64,000 nucleotides of DNA from Octopus sinensis (taxonomy: Eukaryota): assembly GCF_006345805.1 (NCBI RefSeq), contig NW_021832856.1, positions 1 through 64,000 on the forward strand. The letters run 5' to 3'. Under the pieces are notes generated by a model. It was not told the origin of the DNA and did no database searches. It saw only the letters and a program-made list of their open reading frames with translations. Positions 11,700 through 23,009 of the stretch are shown one piece after another (the first letter of the stretch is position 1; the number at the start of each line of letters is the position of its first letter). Position numbers and translations under genes: made by a program.

Positions 11700-11880
11700 G
11701 GGAGAATTCACGAAAAAACAAAAGACGAAGACAGGTGGTATAGAAAACAAACAGATGTATTAGTATAACGCTCGGGAATTGAAAAGTCTTTAACGTTTCG
11801 AGCCTACGCTCTTCTAAGAAAGGGACACAGAAAAAAAAAACAAGGAGAGAAAAAAATGTGTGTAGTGGCTACAGATTGAT
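11700..11880 (-). mobile_element. Penelope-terminus-like short repeat with degenerate hammerhead motif (11788-11822)
   Basis: Reverse-complement homologue of 48190-48365. Minus strand reads cuuu-CUUAGA-A-GAGC-guag-GCUC-GAAA-CG-UU-aaag. Confidence 0.65.
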
Positions 11881-12104
11881 GGCTTTGTAATTTTGGGACT
11901 AATGAGTAAATAGGTACATGTCAATTAGTCTGTTGACGAGTTTTCTCTTCTACAGTTTATCTGTTTATATTTACAATTATTTTGTTGGGAATATTTAACA
12001 TAAGGACAATAGTAGTAAAGCCACATTCGCTAGTAAAGCGAGCTAATACCGACATGACTGCCTGAACTCAATAATTTTTGTGGGACACCAATTTATGTAT
12101 GCAG

Positions 12105-12250
12105 GTACCTCACGTAATCCAGACTGCAAAAACTGATGCAACACAACAAGATGCACAACATCCCACCCATGAAGGACAGTGACAGGATGGGTCGAAACGA
12201 TCGTTGTACGGAATAAAGATTAATACCAAATCTATCTTCAGTTTCGTTAA
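12105..12250 (+). mobile_element. Penelope-terminus-like short repeat with degenerate hammerhead motif
   Basis: cacccatgaaggac...gtcGAAACgatcGTTg followed by aataaa; palindromic AACGATCGTT; same layout as 29953-29998. Confidence 0.45.
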
Positions 12251-12284
12251 CCGATTATATATGTGTGTGTTCGCTTTCGCTTTC

Positions 12285-12645
12285 ACTTGTTTCAGTTATT
12301 TGACTGCGGCCATGCAGGAGCACCGCCTTTAATCGAGCAACTCAACTCCGGGACTTATTCTTTTGTAAGCCCAGTACTTATTCTATCGGTCTCTTTTGCA
12401 GAGCCGCTAAGTAACGGGGACATAAACACACCAGCATCGGTTGTCAAGCAATGCTAGGGGGACAAACACAGACACACAAACACACACACGCACATATATA
12501 TATACATATATACGACGGGCCTGTTTCAGTTTCCGTCTACCAAATCCACTCACAAGGCTTTGGTCAGCCCGAGGCTATAGTAGAAGACACTTGCCCAAGG
12601 TGTCACGCAGTGGGACTGAACCCGGAACCATGTGGTTGGCAACAC
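12285..12645 (-). mobile_element. tRNA-derived SINE, family B, with internal microsatellite
   Basis: Minus strand has B-box-like ggttcagtccc, then caccttgggcaagtgtcttctactatagcc, and a 3' tail ggtgctcctgcatggccgcagtcaaataactgaaac. Confidence 0.85.
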
Positions 12646-14559
12646 ATATACATATATGTTTGTAGGCATATCTTGAAGTATGTATGTATGTATGTATGTA
12701 TGTATGTATGTACATGGATTCATCTTGGTCATCGCTCTTGCAATTCTTCGTTTCCTCCTGTATAGTTTTCGAAAACGAATATATGAGCTGTGTACTTTTA
12801 ATATTCCAATAATTATTTTGGTCCACCTGTCTACAAGACTTCTTTATATCGTCCCTTGACAATTTATTTCTAATCTATAGATTTCACTATCACATGCGTA
12901 TATTTGTATTTGCATTATTTGTATTGCTTACTTGATATTTTCGTTTTTAATTTCTTCGGATTCTGTGATTCTGTGAAGTAGTCTAGCTTAGCTTGCAGTA
13001 ACAGCCTTCGTGGGAATATCATATAATATCCATACATATATATATGTTTATCTTTGTAAGGCATTCATTTCACTTATTATATTTCCTTATAAATAAGATA
13101 ACATATATTAACTCTGATGCTTTTTGCTTTTTGACCATTGAGAATTCACTTTTCGCATTGATTTCGTTGTTTTTTCCTTTTTAGTTCGACTATTTTTAGT
13201 AAGATCTTCTTGACTTCTTTCGTTTTCCCCTGTATTCTTTCTCATATTACATAATATCTCTCTTTGACTGCTCACTTAACACCAAAGCGCTGTCAGAGTG
13301 GATTATGGTAATATTCTCTGATTTGTCCGGGCAGATTTCATTGGCTTTTGCTTGTCCAAAATTCATATATTTGCTTGTTTAATAATAAATAATTCTATTA
13401 GGTTGTCAGATAAATTCTTTCGTTTCTTCCTTTTTATTTTAATCCTATCCATTGTTATTTGAATTAACAAAAGATGTATTTTCATTGTGGTTTTTATGGG
13501 TCTTTTTAGCTCTATTCTTCCTCTACGTTTGTTTATCGTCTTTGAAATTCGAATAACTTTCAACTCTTTGCAAATATATGACAATGGAGAGTCACGTAGA
13601 GAGAGAGAGAGTGTGTGAGAGTGAGAGAGAGAGAGAGAGAAAAGAAAAAACGAATTAATCCGACAACCCAAAATAAAGTTTCGTGCTGGGCATTTTCGGC
13701 ATATAATTTAAGTTATTTCGTCCATCTTTAATTTATCCATGCTAATACTAATAGCTCTTTTCCCCTGCTTCGTGTTCCTCTGGACCGGTCGTGGTGCCAC
13801 AAGAGTCTTAGGTAACCATTGTGCACCTCGTCTTCCCTTTCCCATTGTGTCTTAGTATCAGATGAATTCATTCTTCATTTTTCTACTTGACACTCCTTTG
13901 TCCATCTGTTATTCCTTAACTTACCCCTGTCCTCAGGCATTCCCCTCTAATTACCCTCACAACTATCAATCTTTACCACCAATATATTTCTGATAATTCC
14001 TTGTGTCTTATTTTCTCTTTATTTTTATCTTTCCTTATCCTTTATACGCTAAAAATTCAGTCAATTGGCCTTCATCCACACCCAGCCCCTCCATCTTTGA
14101 AGGCGTACAAATGCATATGCCTACATACAGCTCTACTAGAGCATACACTACACACACTCGCGCTCAAGCTTATACACTCATTAATTCTTAGATTGTAGTT
14201 TTTACTACCAGTCTTCTTCCTCTCCTCTATACTTTCAATTTTACTACTATACCATCTCTTTAAGCATACATTTTTCTTCCTGTCGGCCACAGATATCACC
14301 CCCTCCATTCCCTCCAAAATATCCTAGTCATATGCCACTGCCGGCTCCTCTCTCTCTGTCTCTCTCTCTCTCTCTCACTCGGCCTAAAGGACTCTATTGG
14401 AAATCAAATATGAAATGACCCCACTTAAGTTCTTTACTTGTAACTCTCCCACTCCCTTATAGATATATTTTTGTCATTTTTTCTTTTCTTATATTTCTAA
14501 TTTGTCTTCACAATCATATTCTCCATTTAAACTCTTTAAGATATAGAGCATTATATATG

Positions 14560-14720
14560 AAAAATGAGGAAGGCCGGGTTTTGGGTTTACCAATATGGAG
14601 TGAGGTATCTCCTCCATATTTTTAAGAAGTCTTAGGCCAACGGACATTGCGGTTTGACAGCACGCCATAAAGTCGAACCCTTTATGAACGGGAGACCCAG
14701 GGTAACTCCATAAACCGGCC
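14560..14720 (+). mobile_element. Decayed Penelope-terminal repeat related to 54320-54455
   Basis: Shared blocks gaggtat.tcc, gccataa...tttatga, agggtaac..cataaaccggcct. Confidence 0.5.
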
Positions 14721-14809
14721 TTCACTAGATAATATATATATATATATGTGTGTGTGTGTATAATTACAGGTATATAAGAACATATGTAGGTGTGCATGTT
14801 TTTGTAAAT

Positions 14810-14980
14810 ACAGTGGTGTAAAGTTTTGATAATACATGAAATATCATTTCTTTGTAATAAATTCCTCCACTGAATTCCATAGTTATTTCTACAAGCTCTA
14901 ATCTTTTTAATCCTCTTTCCTCTCTTCTTTTTACCATTTTATTTCTATCGAAAGTTACTCGTAAATATTTAACCGTCAAT
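14810..14980 (-). mobile_element. Possible very old L1/Tx1-like RT remnant
   Basis: VKYLRVTFD...FSGGIYYKEMIFHVLSKLY weakly resembles the KYLGV..F / GR...LSKL.Y segment of L1/Tx1 RTs; motif-level only. Confidence 0.3.
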
Positions 14981-15185
14981 CTTCACATTTTCTCGTGTCT
15001 GCTCTTTTGTTCTTGAACTGATACTAAGTAAAAGAGAAGAAACATCTACGAAATGTATTTACCGTTCTCATGGGTCCTCTGTGATTGTCGAATTCTTTGA
15101 CGATGACATATCTCCAAGTTCAGTGCTAATGGAATTAATATTATGTCCTCAACTTCGAAGGTTCCACAAACTTTCGCTTTGATCA

Positions 15186-15237
<52 letters not shown>

Positions 15238-15487
15238 CATACATACACACACACAAATACACATACAGACACACACATGTATATGCATGAATTTGTGAAT
15301 TTATATATATATTTACATACATATATATATATATATACATATATATACATACATATATATATATACATACATATATAAATATGTATATATATATATATAC
15401 ATACATACATATATACATACATATATATATATGTATATATATACATACATGTATGTATATATATATATACATACATATATAAATATG

Positions 15488-15521
<34 letters not shown>

Positions 15522-15848
15522 TACATATATATATATATGTATATATACATACATACATAAATATATATATATGTGTGTGTGTGTGTGCGTTTGAGCGTCT
15601 GTTAAGTCGGACTACTGTGGAATTTTTCATGGCTATCTCGACAAAATTTCTTTCATTATATTTTTTACTTTGAGAATTTGCTGTTTTCGGGTTTCTTCAT
15701 ATATCGTTCTACACAACTGCGTTGCGTATGAAGTATTTATCGTAAGATTTTAGAGTTCAATATAATTAAAGATGACTGCGTGATTAAGAAGCATACATAT
15801 GTGCATGCATACATATACACGTATATATATATATATATATATATATAT

Positions 15849-16153
15849 AACAATTGCAGCGTGGAAGGTGTTTGTAAGCCATTTAAGAAACACACAAAAG
15901 CCGTTCGATTCACTTCAACATTTAAGTTTAATTTGTCAAAATATTTTCGTCGCTTTAAGACCGCGACCTGTTCACTGACAAAATCCCGTGCTGCAAAAAT
16001 CAGAAATGCGGCACGGATTTTTGTCATTGAACAGGTCGCGGTCTTATAGAGACGAAAATATTTTGACAAATTAAACTTAAATGTTGAAGTGAATCGAACG
16101 GCTTTTGTGTGTTTCTTAAATGGCTTACAAACACCTTCCACGCTGCAATTGTT
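15849..16153. repeat. Near-perfect 305-bp palindrome (about 143-bp arms, short loop)
   Basis: aacaattgcagcgtggaaggtgtttgtaagcc...gtgc is the reverse complement of gcac...cttccacgctgcaattgtt, with only a handful of mismatches. Confidence 0.95.
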
Positions 16154-16913
16154 TTCGTTCAAGCACACGATCTCAGATCAAATCACTTGCTATGCGAGTA
16201 CATCTCTCTATATATATACATATATATATATATGTTTTTGTGCTTGTGTTTACCACGCTACTTGACAACCAGTGTTAGATGTTTACATTTATGTAACATA
16301 GCGAAACGGCAGAAGTAACTGATAGAATAAGTACGATACATAACAAAATAACTTCTGGACTGTTCATCCTCATAGTCCTCCTCCTCCTCCTCATCATCAT
16401 CATCGTCATAATCATCATCAGCAGCAGCATTGGTATCAGCATCATCATCTGCTGTAGCAAGACCGGTGGCGGCTGCAGCAACCTTAGCAGCAGCAGCAGC
16501 CGCAGCAGCAACGGCACCAACGTCAGCAGCAGAAGTCTCATTCCAACTCTTTTAATATCTTCCTTACCTTTCCTTCTATGATATTTGTTGTTTCATTACA
16601 GAATGTATATTATAGTCTAACAAAAATGCAAAGCATAATATGACGGTATAATACGGGATTAAAGAGAGATTACAGAGGATTTCTACTGAGATTTAACTTA
16701 TAAAGTTAAGAGTCGAAACGTGCTTTAGTTTCGTTAGTTCGAAATATATTGATTGGTATAATACAAAGACGCAATGAATTACGACGCATGCTCACTCGCA
16801 AACACATCTGTATACACTCACAGGAATCTACACACACACACAGATGCATATGCAGGAAATAATACTTATAAGTGTATGTAAGCATGCTCTGATATCCATA
16901 CACACACCTACAC

Positions 16914-17042
16914 ATGCATACATACACATATTTATGTATATATATATATATATATAAAAGCTACGCATATGTATACATATATAATTATATATATATACAT
17001 ACACATATATATATACATACATATACATACATATATACATAC

Positions 17043-17075
<33 letters not shown>

Positions 17076-17216
17076 CATATATACATACATATATATACAT
17101 ACATACATATATATATACATACATATATATACATATATACATACATATATATATACATACATATATATACATATATACATACATATACATATATAAATAC
17201 ATATATATATACATAC

Positions 17217-17261
<45 letters not shown>

Positions 17262-17348
17262 AATACATATATATACATACATATATAAATACATATATAT
17301 ACATACATATATAAATACATATATATACATACATATATATATACATAC

Positions 17349-17385
<37 letters not shown>

Positions 17386-18040
17386 CATACATATATATAT
17401 ACATATATATATACATATATATACATACTATATATATACATACATATATATATATACACACAAATATATATATACACACAAATATATATATATATACATA
17501 CATATATATATATATACATACATACATATATATATACATACATACATATATATATATACACATACATATATATATATACACATACATATATATATACATA
17601 CATATATATATACCATACATATATATATATAATACATACATATATATATACATACATATATATATACATAAATATATATATATAATATATATACAAACAT
17701 ATATATATATACATATATATATACACATACATATATATATACACATACATATATACATACATATATATATACATACATATATATATAATATATATATATA
17801 TACATATATATATATAATACATATATATATATATACAACATATATATATATATATACAAACATATATATATATATATATAAACATTATATATATATATAT
17901 ATAAACATATATATATATAATACAAACATATATATATATATATATAAACATATATATATAATATATATACAAACATATATATATATATATATAAACATAT
18001 ATATATATATATATATATAAACATATATATATAATATATA

Positions 18041-18089
<49 letters not shown>

Positions 18090-18159
18090 AACTATATATA
18101 TATTATATATATATAATACAAACATATATATATAATATATATATAAACATATATTATAT

Positions 18160-18214
<55 letters not shown>

Positions 18215-18232
18215 TATAAAGACACACACACA
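16914..18232. repeat. About 1.3-kb (TA)n/(TACA)n array
   Basis: Direct reading. Confidence 0.95.
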
Positions 18233-18384
18233 TATAATAGTTGACACTTTCAGGAATGGACTCAAATGGAAGTAGTTGTGGTGGTAGTAGTGACAGTAGT
18301 AGTAGTAGTAATAGCAGCAGTAGTAGTAGTAGTAGTAGTTGTAGTAGTAGTAGTAGCAGCAGTAGTAGCCGTTGTCGTCGTCGA

Positions 18385-18590
18385 GGTAGTGGTAGTTTAG
18401 CCCCAGGTCAGATACGATCGAACAAACGTATGTTCAGAGATGTTTATACTGCTCCGCCACAATCGCCAATTTACATTTATAAGACTGCTTAATCCAGTGG
18501 TAACTTCGTTAAGTAAGAGGATAAGGTGTGATCTGAGAGAGATTTGGTTGCTCCTTTTCGCATGTCGATCGACTGCGTACAAGTGTCCTT
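18385..18590 (+). repeat. Unclassified dispersed repeat (family C)
   Basis: Starts tttagccccaggtcag. Related degenerate copies start gtttagccc at about 30255, 34205 and 42885, and share a gatttgg(c/t)tgct.tt-like block. Confidence 0.45.
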
Positions 18591-18935
18591 GTCAGATATG
18601 TGTGTGTGTATATATAATTATATATATGTACACATATGTGTGTGTATGTATGTATATATATATACATGCATATATACATACACACACGCACACACTCACA
18701 TATATATTGTTGTTGTTGACGTCATAAAAAATAATTAATTTCAAGAGAACGTGAATACTTCTTTGGAATTGTTTCTCGAAGTCCCTGTAAATCTATAAAT
18801 AAATCGTATCTAAAAGGGATTGAAACCCCTTTTAAATAGAAAACAATCACAATAGTCGAGCGTTTGTCATACCTACAGGCAATGTGGGTTCAAGTCTCAG
18901 GGGCAGAGTTTGTCTTATTGTATTCATCCCATGCC

Positions 18936-18985
<50 letters not shown>

Positions 18986-19189
18986 CACACGGGTGAGAGA
19001 GTTGGTTTGTGAAAGCACGTGGTTGGATGTATAAGAAACAAAATAGAATAAAAAACACTACAGAAGACCCGTATTATATGGTTAAAGAATATATTTGAAT
19101 CGTCATGTTAGGAAAATGTTAGAAGTGGTTAAGTTTTGCTTTATATTTTTTCAATGAGGTAAGTTTCCTTATTTAAAAATGCTAGAAAT

Positions 19190-19480
19190 GGTTAAGTTTT
19201 GGCATATATTATTCAAAGAAGTAGGTTCTCTTATTAAATCTAACTTGTGTTAGTGTTCCAATGGTACATTGATAAACTGGAAAGATTACAAATGCTGGTA
19301 GCAGTTGCTTTGCGCATCTCTCAATGTGTTCACTAAAGGGTATCATTCTGTGTTCTGAGAATGCAATCTGCTGTCGGTACAGAGTGCATCTGCGTCTGAG
19401 CGATAATTCTGTGGACCTGATGTAGTTTTGGTGGCAGCTCGAGCATCTTATAACATGAATCAGGTTTTCTGAGGCACAAG
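19190..19480 (-). mobile_element. Penelope-like element GIY-YIG endonuclease remnant
   Basis: Minus strand CASENLIHVIRCSSCHQNYIRSTELSLRRRCTLYRQQI...IPFSEHIERC...FVIFPVYQ...YFFE*YMPKLN. About 60 bp of the 3' end is tandemly duplicated at about 19115-19235. Confidence 0.8.
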
Positions 19481-19569
19481 TAAAATCAGATTTGATGCAA
19501 AAGAAACAAAGAAAATGGAGATGTTGGAGTTAAGAGTTAACTGAGAAAATAATTGAATTCTATATATAA

Positions 19570-19620
<51 letters not shown>

Positions 19621-20029
19621 ATTTTCTTTAAACAATTTGGAAAGTTACAGCATTTCTAAGCATACGATTCAAAAGTTCTATGCACATTCGCTTTTTAAAG
19701 CTGTTTGACATCAATTCCTTGTTCTTGGAAAATTTCATTCCCCAAAAGGTTATAAAAGCCGCATCCAAAGCAATTTTAGTAACCCAGGACGGTTCTGCGA
19801 TTTAGTGTCTAAAATTCAAGAGGTGCAGAATTCTTGTAAACATAGACAATGCAAAACTGCTTACTTAATTCAGTATTCTTCAGGATTCACCATTCCTCTT
19901 AGGAAACCAAATTACCTTTTGTTTTTTGAATTTTCTCACCACATGTCATTTAGATATCCAGCAAAGGTCATTAGGTGTCTCTGAATCCAGAATATGAAAT
20001 TATTTTGCACTTCGTTGTCTGTGAAGCAC

Positions 20030-20400
20030 AAGGATAGATGTGGGGTTAAGAAACTCCTTTTTTCAATCATGCAACTTCAGATTCAATCTCACAGTCCGAC
20101 ACTTTGGTTAAGGCCCCTTAGGTATTAATCGACACAAAAACTTTGTGAGGAAATTTGGTCGTCCTGAAACTGTAGAAGCCCGTCGTATATGTATGTGTGC
20201 GCGTGCGCGTGTGTGTGTGTCACACTTGTATTTTTCATCTCCCACTCATCGCTTGACTAGAGTTGTTGTGGTCCCCGTTTTTACAAGAGAGATCAATATA
20301 AGTTACAGATTTTCAATTAAGTCTGGGGTCAATTTGTTCTACGAAAATCCTTCAAGGTGGGGCCTCAGTATAGCTGCAGTGCAATGACTGAAACAAATAC
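20030..20400 (+). mobile_element. Decayed SINE family B copy
   Basis: ctgaaactgtagaagcccgtcgtatatg...ccttcaaggtggggcctcagtatagctgcagtgcaatgactgaaacaaat. Confidence 0.7.
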
Positions 20401-22379
20401 GAGACAAATACTCATCACAGCAACGAGACGCCATTGAAAATATAATTTTAATGCATTTCACCGTTCTTTTCTTAAAAAATTCTTCCAAATTGCCTTGTTC
20501 TCTAAAGGGGAATCATCGTCACCTATTATTCACCATCGTTAATTAATCTATTTTTATGTTAAGTTTCTCTTTGCAGCATAGAAATATACAAAATAGAGAG
20601 CAACAGATATATTTTCTGTGAATCAAGTTTAGATTATGCAATTTGTTGAACGTATATTGAGGAATGTTTTTGCCACAAAGGTTTGAAGTTCTGTGTTACA
20701 AGAGTAAAACAGTTGTTTGTTTTTCATATCAGTTTTCTCATCACTCGATATCTATTACGTAACTTGATTCAACACTTACGCAGTGGTGTTATGCTAAGAG
20801 AATTAAACCTAAAAAATCTGTGATAAATTTTTTTTTATCATTTATAGTAATGTCTAAAGCACGCACTCATTGATGCTTTTCACAAGATATATTCGTTGAC
20901 TCATTCAAAATCAAAGGGTATTAACTATTACTTATATCTTTAATATGTTATTTTAATAAGGATAGAACAGAAAATATTTTTTATAAGTGTTACGCATTTA
21001 GTTCTATGGAGTTTGAAAGCAACAGCAATTTGTGATGAAAGAATTGTTTTATTAATATATTCTCTTAAATAATCGCTGCGATGAATATTTGTATGACAAA
21101 CTACAAATGCTACTAACACTAGTTCTAATTCTGTTATTTTACTTTTAGAAAAAACTGCTTTGATATTTTATTGCGAATATTAGATTATTACAGCACCATT
21201 TTTTTATGTTTAGCTGCAAAAATCATGCTTCGTTAAATCGGTTTTGTGAGTTTGTATTGCGACATTAGACACATTGCATAATGCTCTGTTACTGTAGCAT
21301 TTTATTTCTCTCATCCAATTTAAAAATTATGGATCCGTTTGATTATTCCTTCCATGTATAAATGAATATAGTTTTGGAATCACTGAGATTTATTAGAAAT
21401 ACATGGTTTGTTCAGACATCCATTAATACTGCTAAAAACTACCCGCTCACTTTACTATGCCATAATCGCTCAACAGTCTTGGAATAATAGCCAAATATCC
21501 CTCTTCATACATTCTCTAAAAACGAAGAAGACCACATTGAAATCTAAATTCCTTGCTAACTTCAAGGTAGTGTATTAGCGCTGTATGAATTTATTAATAA
21601 ACGCCTGACACGTGGCTGCTGGCAAAGCCTTCCCCTTAACTGGGAATATTAAAATATAGATATTAAGATTATACGATATACTTCACGTTATTAAACTCTA
21701 ATTTACTTCACTAACAACAAGTTTCTCTCCCTTTGCAATAGAAGTAAGCAACCAATGAACCAACAGCTATATATTGAATAGTTTCTGTTCTTTCAAATAA
21801 TGTTTATATACCAGTTTCATACGGTGGTTATTTCTACAGGACGTCTATTCTACTGCGCCTTATCGCTGACCAATAAATTTCATTAAAAAGTACATGTGAT
21901 AGACTTTGCTAATATTTTTTTTTTAAATATAGATTATTAGATTCGGAAGGAAACTACAACCAGACTATATCACGAAACCGGGTGGGACGGCCGTTTACAT
22001 TTAGTAAAAGGTTACTGTGGACAAAAAAGTTAAAGGAACCTAAATAAAATAGATAAAAATAAATAGTAATAAAGTAATACCTCCCCGCTCAAAAAAGAAA
22101 TGAGTAGCAAGCAAAGAGCTTCCTTGAAAATTATGGTGGGCTCATTTACCTAATTTAAGCCCTCTCCAAAAACATTATAAGATTGTTTGGAGATAAACCT
22201 TTCCTTATCTCTTAATGAGATAATTGAAGAAGGCGATGAGGAATTGCTTTCAGAGAAAACTTAGCCTTTAGTGCTTCTGCATCAGTTAATAAATGATGCG
22301 ATTAAAGTACTCCAGCAAGAGTAGTCAGCAGCCACCCTCAGTACATCATTCTACTGTACGTCTAAAAGCTAAAGGTCTC

Positions 22380-22620
22380 TGTCGATCGTTTAGTGTCAAT
22401 TCATCTTGGAAACTTTGAAAGTTAGCAAGTCTGTTCGTCAGGAGTTTTCTGGCGTGTTCCAACCAACCCAGTCAGTGTTTACAGATGGTGATAGACACAA
22501 AGCATTGGTCTGATCCTCTTTTGACCTCTTCGTTGCTGATAAAGTCATTCCATTTGAAACTTAGGACTTTCTAGAGCTATTAGCTGTCAAATACTTCCGA
22601 TTTCGTTTCTTTGCTAGTTT
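22380..22620 (-). mobile_element. Old RTE-clade LINE remnant
   Basis: Minus strand RKVLSFKWNDFISNEEVKRGSDQCFVSITICKH*LGWLEHARKL matches the RTE post-RT W.D.ISNEEV / L.WLGH pattern. Confidence 0.6.
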
Positions 22621-23009
22621 TTAGGTGACATGTTTTATATAAGTTCCCTCTCTTTTCGACCCTTGTCGGGTTCAGAGTGAGGAAGCATCTGTTCTATTCG
22701 GTACAGCTCCGTTCATATCCACTCCAAATCCATCCATCGAATACTATGGTTGATTTTTTTCCAGCGATGATATTAAATCTGCGTATTTAATTAGTGGGCA
22801 GAAATACAACTCTCAACATATAAGCTAGCATTTCTTTCAGTTTAAGAATTCTTAAGATTTTAGCCAAACAGTATTTAATGTACATACATGCATACATACA
22901 TACATTATTGTAGTAGTAGTAGTAGTGGTGGTAGTGGTGGTGGTGGTGGTGGTGGTAGTAGTCGTAGTAATGGTGGTGGTGGCGGTGGTAGTAGTAGTAG
23001 TAGTAATGA

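Noticed and set aside
13860-14330. Possible LINE zinc-finger region on the minus strand
   Set aside because: Only a vague C-x2-C / AFV resemblance with many stops; not enough to call.
16275-16541. Poly-Leu/Met/Arg ORF, and the similar ORFs at 18241, 22852, 40535 and 43174
   Set aside because: Trinucleotide microsatellites (CAT, CAG, AGT, GGT, AAT).
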